Program-made: the position numbers and the translations under genes | DNA from: an uncultured Alphaproteobacteria bacterium | GTDB lineage: Bacteria; Pseudomonadota; Alphaproteobacteria; HIMB59; GCA-002718135 | DNA length: 64,000 bases | NCBI GenBank assembly: GCA_902524385.1 | Contig: CABZCZ010000002.1 | Location: 112,541-176,540 of the forward strand | Reading direction: 5' to 3' | Part shown: one piece after another, positions 29,508 to 39,267 of the stretch | Layout: the number at the start of each line of letters is the position of its first letter | Numbering within the stretch: the stretch's first letter is position 1 | Notes under the pieces: generated by a model | Told to the model about the DNA's origin: nothing | Database searches by the model: none | The model's input: only the letters and a program-made list of their open reading frames with translations

Positions 29508-29534
29508 AAGGGGTATCTAAAGATACCCCTTTTT
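29508..29534 (+). terminator. Hairpin between binding protein and permease
   Basis: AAGGGGTATC-TAAA-GATACCCCTT followed by T-run. Confidence 0.72.
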
Positions 29535-29537
29535 CTT

Positions 29538-30530
29538 ATGACAGAACAGACTCTAGAAAAAACTAAAAAGAGAATAAAAATCAGTAATCTGCATGAGATA
29601 GGATTGCTTATAGCGTTAATTATTGTCTTACTTTTATTTTCTTTCACTACTGAAAACTTTTTTACACAAAGAAATTTTACAAGTATTTTGAGAAGTGCCT
29701 CTTATGTTGGTTTAATTGCTTTTCCAATGACTTTTGTCCTTATCACTAGAGAAATAGATATTAGTGTTGGACCATCAGTTGCTTGGTCAGGTTTACTTTT
29801 TGTAATTTTAATAAAGTGGTACGACTTTGGTTATTTAACTTCAGCTGTAATAGTAATTTTATGGGGGACCTTACTAGGGTATTTTATAGGAGTAGCTAGA
29901 ACAAAATTATTCATTCCTACATTTATTACAACTTTAGCACTATGGAGTGCCTTAAGAGGCTATTCTCTTTTTGTTACCGAAGGTCGGCCTATAGCAATAA
30001 GTAATAAGGAATTTAGATATTTTTTTGGAGGAGATATTTTAGGTTTACCAACAGTCACATGGATAATGCTTGGAGCTTTTCTTATTTTTTGGTTTGCAAG
30101 CAAGTATACTGTTACCGGAACTAACTTCTATGCAGTTGGTGGAAATCCTAAAGCTGCAAGAAATATTGGTATTAATGTTGATAGAGTAAAGATTTTAGCA
30201 TTAATAGGAACCAGTCTTTTTTCTGCTATTGTTGGTATATTATTTGTGGCTAGAGTTTCCTCTGGAAACGCAAATTTAGCAGATGGAATGGAATTTGACG
30301 TTATAGCTGCAGTTGTTGTTGGAGGAACAGCACTTGCAGGTGCTGTAGGAACTATGACTGGTACACTTCTAGGATGTGTTTTTATAGCAATGATTAGCAA
30401 TGGATTAATACATTGGGGTATAGATCCTGATTTGAATAGAGTAGTAAAAGGAATAATTATTTTTTTAGCTGTTGTAATTAATTCAAATTTTACCTTTAAA
30501 TCAAATTCAGGTGGACCAAAAGAGGACTAA
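29538..30530 (+). CDS. Monosaccharide ABC permease
   Basis: EIDISVG, AVGGN..AA, EFDVIAAVVVGG; start reassigned to ATG 29538. Confidence 0.9.
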   Translation: MTEQTLEKTKKRIKISNLHEIGLLIALIIVLLLFSFTTENFFTQRNFTSILRSASYVGLIAFPMTFVLITREIDISVGPSVAWSGLLFVILIKWYDFGYLTSAVIVILWGTLLGYFIGVARTKLFIPTFITTLALWSALRGYSLFVTEGRPIAISNKEFRYFFGGDILGLPTVTWIMLGAFLIFWFASKYTVTGTNFYAVGGNPKAARNIGINVDRVKILALIGTSLFSAIVGILFVARVSSGNANLADGMEFDVIAAVVVGGTALAGAVGTMTGTLLGCVFIAMISNGLIHWGIDPDLNRVVKGIIIFLAVVINSNFTFKSNSGGPKED

Positions 30531-31270
30531 TGGAGATTCTAGAATTAAATAAAATATCTAAAAATTTTGGAGCTATAAAGGCATTGGATAACGTTACACT
30601 TTCATTAAGATCAGGTGAAGTTTTAGGATTAATGGGAGACAATGGTGCTGGTAAATCTACTTTAATTAAAATTATAGCAGGCAATTTTAAACAGTCATCT
30701 GGAACAATAAATTTTGAAAATAAAAAAGTTCAATTTTCAAAACCTATGGAAGCGAGAGATAAAGGTATAGAAGTTGTCTACCAAGATTTGGCATTGTGTG
30801 ATAATTTAACTGCTGCCTCAAATATTTTTCTTACAAGGGAGATTAAGAGAAATTTTGGAATACTAAAAATAATTAATTTTTCAGAGATGTTCAAAAGAGC
30901 TAAAGATATTTTCAAAGAACTTAAATCTGAAACTTTACCAGATGAGGAAGTGAAAATGATGTCTGGTGGGCAAAGACAAGCAGTTGCCATTGGTAGAACA
31001 AAATTATCAGCAGCTAAAGTTGTATTATTAGATGAGCCTACTGCAGCAATTAGCGTAAGACAGGTTGCAGAAGTTCTAGAGTTAATTAAGCAACTTAAAA
31101 ATCAAGGTATTGCGGTTGTAATTATTAGTCATAGAATGCCAGATGTATTCGCTGTTAGCGATAGAATAGCTGTACTTAGGAGAGGCCAGTTAGTGGCTAA
31201 TAAACTAGCGAAAGAAAGTTCACCTGAAGAAGTTACAGCTTTAATAACCGGTGCTATTGAAAAAGCTTGA
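30530..31270 (+). CDS. Monosaccharide ABC ATP-binding protein (single domain)
   Basis: GDNGAGKS, MSGGQRQ, DEPTAA. Confidence 0.93.
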   Translation: MEILELNKISKNFGAIKALDNVTLSLRSGEVLGLMGDNGAGKSTLIKIIAGNFKQSSGTINFENKKVQFSKPMEARDKGIEVVYQDLALCDNLTAASNIFLTREIKRNFGILKIINFSEMFKRAKDIFKELKSETLPDEEVKMMSGGQRQAVAIGRTKLSAAKVVLLDEPTAAISVRQVAEVLELIKQLKNQGIAVVIISHRMPDVFAVSDRIAVLRRGQLVANKLAKESSPEEVTALITGAIEKA

Positions 31271-31291
31271 TTATAGAATTATTTTATAATT

Positions 31292-32263
31292 ATGCATGTA
31301 GATGATACTTGGTTTAAACCTGAATTAAATAAAAGATTATTAAAAGATCTTTCAAGAAAGAGCGATTGGGAAGGTTTAAAACATTTTGGTATTTATTTCT
31401 TTTTTTTATTCTTCTTTGGTTTTAGTATTTTTTTAACATGGGGAAGCTTATTAGCTATACTTCCTCTCATTTGTTACAGTACAATATGGGCCTACAGCCC
31501 ATCTAACTGGCACGAAACACTTCATAGAACAGCATTCAAAAGTAAATTGTTAAATAATGTTTTCTATTATTTAAGCTCATTTATGGCAAATATGGAGCCA
31601 GTGAGATGGAGATGGAGTCATACCTTTCATCACAGCCATACTCTTCAAACACACGGTGATTATGACCACGAAATACAATTGACAAGACCAACAGATTTAA
31701 TTCATTTCTTTTGTCAATTTATTCCTTTTGGACAACTAATCTATCCGCATAAAACTCTTCAGTTCGAAATACTAAAACACTCAATGGGTTACTTAACAGA
31801 TGTCGTAAAACAGAATGCTCCAGAAAAAGAAAAATCAATTATAATTAGAAATTCAAGATTGTTTGTTTTGTTGTGGTTATTAATTATTTCAATTTCGATA
31901 TATTATAATTCTTGGTTACCAATTTTTTTATTCCTACTTCCAAATTATTTAGGAGCTCCACTAAACCAAATTGTCAACATAACACAACATTTGGGTGTGC
32001 CATTTGATGTTAAAGATCATCGGTTAACAACTCATAATATAAAATTAAACCCTATCTTTAGTTTTTTATATTATCATATGGAATATCATCTTGAGCACCA
32101 TCTATTTCCAACTGTACCATCTTATAATCTTCCTAAATTACACAACCTAATCAAAGATCAAATACCTAAACCACATCCTTCATTATTTTCATTTTGGAAA
32201 TCAGTTCTTCCATCTGTTATTAAACAAGCTTACAATTCAAAGCATACATACAAAATGTATTAA
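31292..32263 (+). CDS. Membrane di-iron oxygenase, fatty-acid-desaturase superfamily, MocD-like (copy 1)
   Basis: His boxes HETLH, HTFHH, HLEHH; WRWSH and QH..DVKDHR. Confidence 0.85.
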   Translation: MHVDDTWFKPELNKRLLKDLSRKSDWEGLKHFGIYFFFLFFFGFSIFLTWGSLLAILPLICYSTIWAYSPSNWHETLHRTAFKSKLLNNVFYYLSSFMANMEPVRWRWSHTFHHSHTLQTHGDYDHEIQLTRPTDLIHFFCQFIPFGQLIYPHKTLQFEILKHSMGYLTDVVKQNAPEKEKSIIIRNSRLFVLLWLLIISISIYYNSWLPIFLFLLPNYLGAPLNQIVNITQHLGVPFDVKDHRLTTHNIKLNPIFSFLYYHMEYHLEHHLFPTVPSYNLPKLHNLIKDQIPKPHPSLFSFWKSVLPSVIKQAYNSKHTYKMY

Positions 32264-33084
32264 TATTTATCAGATAATTTCAAAAAACTTTCGTATTCTT
32301 TATCTTCAATTCCAACAGTGATCTTAGGATCATCAAACTTTTTATCTTCAGTGTCTCTAATAAACTCCTTATAAGCATTTACTCTTTCAAGATGAAGTTT
32401 ATCGAACTCTTTTTTAAAGTTTTTATAGATTCTTGAATGTCTTGGTACGTGGCCTGTGTTGTATCCAAGAATGTCTTGAGAAAATAAATATTGGCCATCA
32501 CAACCAGAACCACTGCCCATTGAAATTGTTAATAGCTTTACTTTTTTTGTAATTATTTCAGCTACTTTTGGAGGAACAACTTCAACCTCTAGACCTATTG
32601 CTCCTGCATCATCAAGTTCTAAAGCATGTTCTAATACTTCTATAGCTTCTTTGGCATTTTTACCAATAGCTCTAAAACCACCAATCCAATTTACATGACC
32701 TGGAATCAAACCAATATGACTAATTACTGGAACTTTTTCTTTTCTTAAGCTTCTGATAATACTTGAACTATTATTTGTATAAAATGAATCACAACCAATT
32801 GATAACAATTTATAAGCCGCCCTTACCGCTTCATCAGCAGTTGCGTATGATTTTTCAGGTGCGGCACTCATCAGGTGTGTGTTAGGTGCCGCATCTCTTA
32901 TTCTTTTAACATCATCTAATTTTCCAAAAATTCCATGGTGCGGCATATCATACGCTGTACATATCATATCAATCCCAGCCTCTTCTGCCGCTATTGCCTC
33001 TTCTACATTATTTACATATACCTCATGAATTTGTCTGACACTCTTAAGCTTTAACAGGTCATATACGGTTAGTTTATTTTTCAT
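32260..33084 (-). CDS. Ketopantoate hydroxymethyltransferase (PanB)-like paralog, non-canonical
   Basis: AEEAGID, HIGLIP, EVEVVP, MGSG..CDGQ..DILG present; LVGDS and KxEG absent. Confidence 0.8.
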   Translation of the reverse strand: MKNKLTVYDLLKLKSVRQIHEVYVNNVEEAIAAEEAGIDMICTAYDMPHHGIFGKLDDVKRIRDAAPNTHLMSAAPEKSYATADEAVRAAYKLLSIGCDSFYTNNSSSIIRSLRKEKVPVISHIGLIPGHVNWIGGFRAIGKNAKEAIEVLEHALELDDAGAIGLEVEVVPPKVAEIITKKVKLLTISMGSGSGCDGQYLFSQDILGYNTGHVPRHSRIYKNFKKEFDKLHLERVNAYKEFIRDTEDKKFDDPKITVGIEDKEYESFLKLSDKY

Positions 33085-33130
33085 AAATATTGTTTATTTT
33101 TTTTTAATAAAAATTATATATATAAAATAT

Positions 33131-34159
33131 ATGACTGTCATTAGAGATACAAATGTTTCTGCGGATCTTGAAGCCAAACTAGGTAAGAATATTTGGTGGA
33201 AACCTGATCTTGACAGAAAAGTATTAAAAGAACTTTGTGTTAAAAGATCCTTACCAGGAATTATTTATGTCTCCTTATATTTTTTTGCTTTAGCTATTTC
33301 AGGTTATCTAGCATATTACACTTGGGGCACTTACTGGACAATTTTATGGTTTTGGGTTTATGGAACCATTTACACTTTCAGCGGCGCTTACGATCACGAA
33401 AGTCGACACAGAACACTTTTTAAAGAAAGATGGTTAAACGATTTATTTCAATATATTTTTTCTTTCATGACAAACTTTGAACCAGTTCGATGGAGATGGA
33501 CTCACACATTACATCATAGTTACACATTACATACGAAAGAACCTCATGATTTTGAAATTCAAGTAGATAGACCAAGTAAGTTATTTAAATATTTCGTAAG
33601 TTTCATCCCTTTTGGACCTCTATTATGGATACATCAGTCCTATCTAGTAGAAACATTAAAAAATTCTCTAGGTATAATGACTCCGGTAATAAGAGATTGT
33701 GTTCCAAAAGAACATCAATGGAAAGTTTTTTTATCATCTAGAATTCACATGTTAATATGGTTTTCTATAATTTTATTTTCTATATATTTTCAAACTATTT
33801 TACCTGTATTATTTTTTCTTTTACCTACTTTTTATGGCAACACATTATTTTTTATGTGCGGTTTAACTCAACATGCAGGACTTGCGTTTGATGTTAAAGA
33901 TCACAGAGTAAATACAAGAACAGTAATTCTTAATCCAATTTTAAGCTGGCTTTATATTAAATTAGAGTATCATATCGAACATCATATGTACCCTCAAGTA
34001 CCTTGGTATAATCTACCAAAATTACATAAAATTATTAAGAATCAACTACCAAAACCAAACTATGGTTTAATTAGCGCCTATAAAGATATTGTGCCAGCTA
34101 TTATTAAGCAGGCATTTGATCCTAACTACGTTCCTGTTAGAAAAATACCAAACGTATAG
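33131..34159 (+). CDS. MocD-like membrane di-iron oxygenase (copy 2)
   Basis: His boxes HESRH, HTLHH, HIEHH; QHAGL..DVKDHRVNTRT. Confidence 0.85.
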   Translation: MTVIRDTNVSADLEAKLGKNIWWKPDLDRKVLKELCVKRSLPGIIYVSLYFFALAISGYLAYYTWGTYWTILWFWVYGTIYTFSGAYDHESRHRTLFKERWLNDLFQYIFSFMTNFEPVRWRWTHTLHHSYTLHTKEPHDFEIQVDRPSKLFKYFVSFIPFGPLLWIHQSYLVETLKNSLGIMTPVIRDCVPKEHQWKVFLSSRIHMLIWFSIILFSIYFQTILPVLFFLLPTFYGNTLFFMCGLTQHAGLAFDVKDHRVNTRTVILNPILSWLYIKLEYHIEHHMYPQVPWYNLPKLHKIIKNQLPKPNYGLISAYKDIVPAIIKQAFDPNYVPVRKIPNV

Positions 34160-34220
34160 CGTAATTTTATTTTTCAATTTTTTATTTTAAATTTTGTAGT
34201 AATGTATATCATTTAACAGT

Positions 34221-35369
34221 ATGAAAAATATTGGATTGATTGGCTGTGGTAATATTGCAGAAACATATTTTAGAGCAAAAGAATATTTTAATAACATAAA
34301 TTTTGTAGCTTGTGCTGATATCAATCTAGATGCAGCTAAAAAAACAGCTGAGCAGTACAAAATTGCAGCTTTATCCGTGGATGAAATATTTAATGATAAA
34401 AATGTAGACATTATTCTTAACCTCACAATTCCTCAAGCGCACTATGAAATATCGAAAAGAGCTCTTGAGTCAAACAAACATGTTTATTGTGAAAAACCAA
34501 TGAGTGTTAAATTTGATGATGCAAAAGAATTACTAAATTTAGCAAAAAAAAATAGCTTATATATTGGCAATGCCCCTGATACTTTTTTAGGAGGAGGAGG
34601 GCAGCTTACACGAAATTTAATTGATAATAATGATATTGGACAAGTTCTAACAGGTAATTTTATATTTGCCTTTCCGGGTGTTCAAGATTTTCATCCAAGT
34701 CCTGAGTCTTGGTTTCAAGAAGGGGGAGGGCCTGTAATAGACATGGGTCCATATTTTTTTACAACACTGGTTAATCTTCTAGGCCCTGTTAAAAATATAA
34801 GAGGTAGAGGAGCAAAATTTTTTGACAAAAGAGAATACAAAGCTGGTCCAAAAAAAGGAGAAACCTTTAATGTGGAAATTCCAACTTCGTACATGTTTAA
34901 TATTGAATTTCAAAGTAAAGCAATTGTCCAGGGTTTCATTTCATTTGATGTTTTAAATCATAAACGTAATCATATGGAGCTTTATGGTACTATGGGTTCA
35001 ATTGTTGTCCCTGACCCAAATATGTTTGGTGGTCCAGTATCTATTTCTGGGGAGTTTGGATCTGAATGGAAAAATATAAGTGTCGAAGATAAGCCTCTTG
35101 GAAAGACAAATATCGTCAATCATAGTGGAAGAAGTAATGAGGCACCAGAACAAGCAAATTATAGAGGTATTGGACTAGCTGAAATGATTGATGCGATTGA
35201 AAACAATAGAATGCATAGATGTAATGGAGAGTTGGCTCTTCATGTTATTGATGTAATTGAATGTGCCATGATTTCATCAATTTATAAAGTAGAAGTAGAA
35301 CTCAGATCTTCTTGTGTGAGGCCAGAGCCAATGCATGATGATTTCGTGAGGCAAATCCTAAAAAAATAA
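34221..35369 (+). CDS. Gfo/Idh/MocA family oxidoreductase
   Basis: IGCGNI, HVYCEKP, APDTFLG, DMGPY. Confidence 0.88.
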   Translation: MKNIGLIGCGNIAETYFRAKEYFNNINFVACADINLDAAKKTAEQYKIAALSVDEIFNDKNVDIILNLTIPQAHYEISKRALESNKHVYCEKPMSVKFDDAKELLNLAKKNSLYIGNAPDTFLGGGGQLTRNLIDNNDIGQVLTGNFIFAFPGVQDFHPSPESWFQEGGGPVIDMGPYFFTTLVNLLGPVKNIRGRGAKFFDKREYKAGPKKGETFNVEIPTSYMFNIEFQSKAIVQGFISFDVLNHKRNHMELYGTMGSIVVPDPNMFGGPVSISGEFGSEWKNISVEDKPLGKTNIVNHSGRSNEAPEQANYRGIGLAEMIDAIENNRMHRCNGELALHVIDVIECAMISSIYKVEVELRSSCVRPEPMHDDFVRQILKK

Positions 35370-35484
35370 TAATAAATTTTACCTTTTGTTCATTAGTGCG
35401 ATAATTTTACGTTTAAATTCACAATATTTCTGCTTGTTTTACAAATCTATTCTTGCTAGGGAAACATAAAAATAGGAGGAATGC

Positions 35485-36450
35485 ATGAAAAAATTTGCTT
35501 CAATTATTTTAGCTTCAGTAGCTCTTTTCGCTACTTCAGCAAAAGCAGAATATAAATTTAACTTTGTTATGCATAGTGACACAAACAACGCTTTTTGGGC
35601 AGCAGTTCATAAAGGTTTTAAAGATGCTTGTGCACAAATTAATGCAGATTGCCAAATGTTAACTCTATCAGGTGATGGAGATCAACAGGAGCAATTACAA
35701 AACTTAGAATCTTCAATCGCTCAAGGTGTTGATGGTATTGTAACTACAATTACAAATCCAACAATTTTTGATGCCGCTGTTGACGAAGCTTTAGCAGCTG
35801 GTATTCCAGTTATTACTGCTAATACAGATGACCCAGAAGGTGCTGCAGGTAGTAATAGACTTGCATACGTTGGTCAAGATTTGGAAGCAGCAGGTTATGA
35901 ACTTGCAGCAACTTTATCTAAACAATTTCCTGATGGACCAGTACATGTTCTTATAGGTGTGGCAGACATGAACCAATCATGGGCCTACACAAGAGCTAAC
36001 GGTATTGCAAGATTTATGGATGACTATAAAGCTGCAAATCCAGATAGAGAAGTGACTTATGAAAAAATCGAATCTGGAATGGATCTATCAACTGTAGGAA
36101 ACAGAGTAGCTTCATATGTTCAAACTAATCCAAATACTACTGCATATTTTGATGTAGGATTTTGGGAAGCAGGAGCAGCTCAAGGTATCAGAAATCTTGG
36201 TTATGAGCCTGGTCAAATGCTGCTTGCGGGATTTGACTTAGTTGACGTGGTATTTGAAGAAATGGAAAAAGGTTATGTTCAACTAACCGTTGACCAACAG
36301 CCATACTATCAAGGTTATATGTCAGTTCACCAACTATACTTAATGAACAAGTATGGTTTAAGTGCACTTGATATCAACACTGGTAAGGCAATGATTGGTC
36401 CGGATGATGTTGCCCAAATCCGTTCTTTCAAAGGAATGTCAGTTAGATAA
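35485..36450 (+). CDS. Sugar/cyclitol ABC substrate-binding protein
   Basis: Signal peptide ending SAKA, FW..V..G, YVGQD, GFD, DQQPYYQGY; AGGAGG SD. Confidence 0.9.
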   Translation: MKKFASIILASVALFATSAKAEYKFNFVMHSDTNNAFWAAVHKGFKDACAQINADCQMLTLSGDGDQQEQLQNLESSIAQGVDGIVTTITNPTIFDAAVDEALAAGIPVITANTDDPEGAAGSNRLAYVGQDLEAAGYELAATLSKQFPDGPVHVLIGVADMNQSWAYTRANGIARFMDDYKAANPDREVTYEKIESGMDLSTVGNRVASYVQTNPNTTAYFDVGFWEAGAAQGIRNLGYEPGQMLLAGFDLVDVVFEEMEKGYVQLTVDQQPYYQGYMSVHQLYLMNKYGLSALDINTGKAMIGPDDVAQIRSFKGMSVR

Positions 36451-36462
36451 CAAAAACAATGT

Positions 36463-36494
36463 AAAGCCGGATAAAATTTATCCGGCTTTTTTTT
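36463..36494 (+). terminator. Hairpin / terminator after binding-protein gene
   Basis: AAAGCCGGATAAA / TTTATCCGGCTTT followed by T-run. Confidence 0.82.
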
Positions 36495-36508
36495 AAGTAA
36501 GAAATTAT

Positions 36509-37546
36509 ATGAAAAGTAACAGATTAAAATCAATATTGATGCGTCCAGAAATAAGTACGTTCATAATGTTTGTAGTAATTATGACTGCATTCTTTATTGC
36601 AAATGATAAGTTTCTTAGCCCTAGAAATATTCGAATAGTTATGGGAATAACACCTGAGTATATCATCGTTGCTATTGGTATCGCTATACTAATGATCTCT
36701 GGTGAATTTGACTTATCAGTTGGATCTGTTTTTGCACTCGTACCTATGACAATGGTTCAATTAGTACATCAAGGCATTCCACCATGGTTTGCTATAGCAC
36801 TGGGATTATCAATTGGTATTGCTGTTGGTTTTGTAAATGGTTTTATAACGATCAGATTTGGGATACCCTCCTTTATAGCCACTTTAGGTATGTTATACAT
36901 TGCTAGAAGTTTAACTACTGTTGCAACAGGCGGATTTCCTCCACCATTCCCTCACTCATTACCAAATGAACTTTTTGTGTTTCAATTTGAAGTTTTTAGA
37001 GCATCACTATTTTGGATGCTTGGAGTAGCATTTATTGCTGGCATAATGCTACATAGAAGTAACCTTGGAAATTGGATTTATTCTACAGGCGGTGATACGC
37101 CCGCAGCATCATCAATGGGAATAAAGACTAATAATGTAAAAATGTTTTGTTTTATACTTTGTGGATTTTTAGCAGGCTTTGCAGGAATGATTCAAACTTT
37201 CAGAATCGAAGCCCCTTTACCTTCTCAGGGATATCTTCTTGAATTAGAGTCTATCGCTGCAGCAGTAATTGGAGGGGTCAGCTTATTTGGTGGAGTTGGA
37301 ACAATATTCGGAGCTGCAATCGGAGCAATACTTATTCGCTTTCTTGAAAGTGGAATTATAATGGCGAGAATTGATGCCGAATGGTTCAGAGCAGGACTAG
37401 GATCTTTAATTATCATCTCCGTTGTATTTAATACTTGGGTTGTAAGAAGAGGTGAAAATATGGTTCATAAAAACCAAGCTGAAGAAAATGAAATTGACTC
37501 CAAGAAAAATACTCAGAAAAGTGAAGGAGAAACTAATGAGCAGTGA
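36509..37546 (+). CDS. Monosaccharide/cyclitol ABC permease
   Basis: GEFDLSVG, IPSFIATLG, ELESIAAAVIGG. Confidence 0.92.
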   Translation: MKSNRLKSILMRPEISTFIMFVVIMTAFFIANDKFLSPRNIRIVMGITPEYIIVAIGIAILMISGEFDLSVGSVFALVPMTMVQLVHQGIPPWFAIALGLSIGIAVGFVNGFITIRFGIPSFIATLGMLYIARSLTTVATGGFPPPFPHSLPNELFVFQFEVFRASLFWMLGVAFIAGIMLHRSNLGNWIYSTGGDTPAASSMGIKTNNVKMFCFILCGFLAGFAGMIQTFRIEAPLPSQGYLLELESIAAAVIGGVSLFGGVGTIFGAAIGAILIRFLESGIIMARIDAEWFRAGLGSLIIISVVFNTWVVRRGENMVHKNQAEENEIDSKKNTQKSEGETNEQ

Positions 37547-38279
37547 GAATATTATTGAATGCCAAGATCTTAATAAATATTACTCTGGAGTTCATGCTCT
37601 TAAAAATCTCAGTTTAAAAATAAAAAAAGATACGGTTGTTGGTTTAATTGGTGATAACGGTGCTGGGAAATCAACATTAATTAAAATTCTATCCGGTGCT
37701 CATGCACCTGACTCTGGCCACATTTACTTTGAAGGAAATGAAGTGAAATTTAAGTCTACTAAAGAAGCGATGAACTTAGGAATAGAAACTATCTATCAAT
37801 ATTCTGCATTAATTCCACAGATGTCTATTGCACGAAATATTTTTATAGGAAGAGAGCAGACAACTTTTTCACTTGGATCAATTGGTTTAATGAAATCTAA
37901 ATCAATGGATAAAGCTGCGATGGAAGCGTTAAATGATGTTGAACTTCATTTAAGGTCTCCTGAAACACCTGTAAACCAACTCTCAGGAGGAGAAAGACAA
38001 GGTGTTGTAATTGCAAGAGCTATGTATTTTAAATCAAAAGTTTTAATCTTGGATGAACCAACAAACCATTTATCAGTTAAAGAAACAAATAAAGTTCTTC
38101 GGTTTGTTGAAGGATTAAAAAAACAAGGTGTAACATCGATATTTATTACTCACAACTTGAGTCACGTCTATCCTATAGCAGATCATTTGTGTGTTATGGC
38201 AAGGGGTGAAAAGATTGCTGATTTAGCAAAAGTGGATACAAACATTGATGAGTTAACTGATCTATTGGTAAATGGATAA
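37536..38279 (+). CDS. Monosaccharide ABC ATP-binding protein (single domain)
   Basis: GDNGAGKS, LSGGERQ, DEPT; start reassigned to ATG 37536 after AAGGAG. Confidence 0.92.
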   Translation: MSSENIIECQDLNKYYSGVHALKNLSLKIKKDTVVGLIGDNGAGKSTLIKILSGAHAPDSGHIYFEGNEVKFKSTKEAMNLGIETIYQYSALIPQMSIARNIFIGREQTTFSLGSIGLMKSKSMDKAAMEALNDVELHLRSPETPVNQLSGGERQGVVIARAMYFKSKVLILDEPTNHLSVKETNKVLRFVEGLKKQGVTSIFITHNLSHVYPIADHLCVMARGEKIADLAKVDTNIDELTDLLVNG

Positions 38280-38317
38280 ATATTGTTTAAGATCACTTAT
38301 AAATATGGGGGCGATTA

Positions 38318-39253
38318 ATGATTAGTAAAACACAAATAGAGCAATATAATGAAGAGGGATATACAATAGTTGAAGATGTATTTAGTATGGATGAATTAAA
38401 TCCAATATTAAATGAGTTTGAGGAAATCGTTGAAGATTTTGCAGACAAAGCTTTTAAAGCAGAAAAAATTTCAAATAAACATGAGGATAAAGATGTTTTC
38501 AAAAGATTGGCAGCTCTTGAGAAAGATTTTAAAGGATCATCTGTTTTAATTCATCATAGAGGAGAACTTAAACCTGCACTCGCAAATTTATGGGGATCAA
38601 AAAAACTTTTAGACATTGTTGAGAATTGGGTAGGAAAAGATATCTCAGGCCACCCTGTTTGGAACATTAGATCAAAAACTCCACAAACTGCAAGAATGAC
38701 AGTTCCTTGGCATCAAGACTCAGCTTACTTAAAAGAAGGTGCTGAAAAAACGACTCAACCAGCTGCCTGGATTCCTTTTCTAGATGTAAATAAGGAAAAT
38801 GGATGCATGCAGGTACTTCCTGGAGGACATAGACCAGAAAGAGTATTGAACCACAAACTTGAAAAAAAAGATGGTTCAGTAAAAGACTCTTGGTATTTGT
38901 TTATTGAAGAAAAAGATATTGCTGAGGAAAAAATAGTTACCTGTGATATGAAGGCTGGTTCTGTTTTATTTCTTCACCAATTAGTTCCGCATAGATCACT
39001 TGAAAATTTATCTGATTCCGTAAGATGGAGTGTTGATTTAAGATTTCAAAATCCAAAAGATGAAGCTGGATTTCATACTGGTTTAGTTGACCCAATCATA
39101 ATGAGAAAATCTGATGATACCAATTATACAGCTGACTGGAATTCTTGGTTTGAAGGATACGAAGAACAACATACAAAATTTAGAGGCACTTCTAAAAAAG
39201 ATCAGTTTGATTCTAGCGTTGATGGAAGCTGGCTTGAACGTTGGGATAATTAG
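38318..39253 (+). CDS. PhyH-family Fe(II)/2-oxoglutarate dioxygenase
   Basis: WHQD (HxD), ENGCM..PGGH, VPHRS..N...RWS.DLRF. Confidence 0.88.
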   Translation: MISKTQIEQYNEEGYTIVEDVFSMDELNPILNEFEEIVEDFADKAFKAEKISNKHEDKDVFKRLAALEKDFKGSSVLIHHRGELKPALANLWGSKKLLDIVENWVGKDISGHPVWNIRSKTPQTARMTVPWHQDSAYLKEGAEKTTQPAAWIPFLDVNKENGCMQVLPGGHRPERVLNHKLEKKDGSVKDSWYLFIEEKDIAEEKIVTCDMKAGSVLFLHQLVPHRSLENLSDSVRWSVDLRFQNPKDEAGFHTGLVDPIIMRKSDDTNYTADWNSWFEGYEEQHTKFRGTSKKDQFDSSVDGSWLERWDN

Positions 39254-39267
39254 ACTAAATAATAAAA

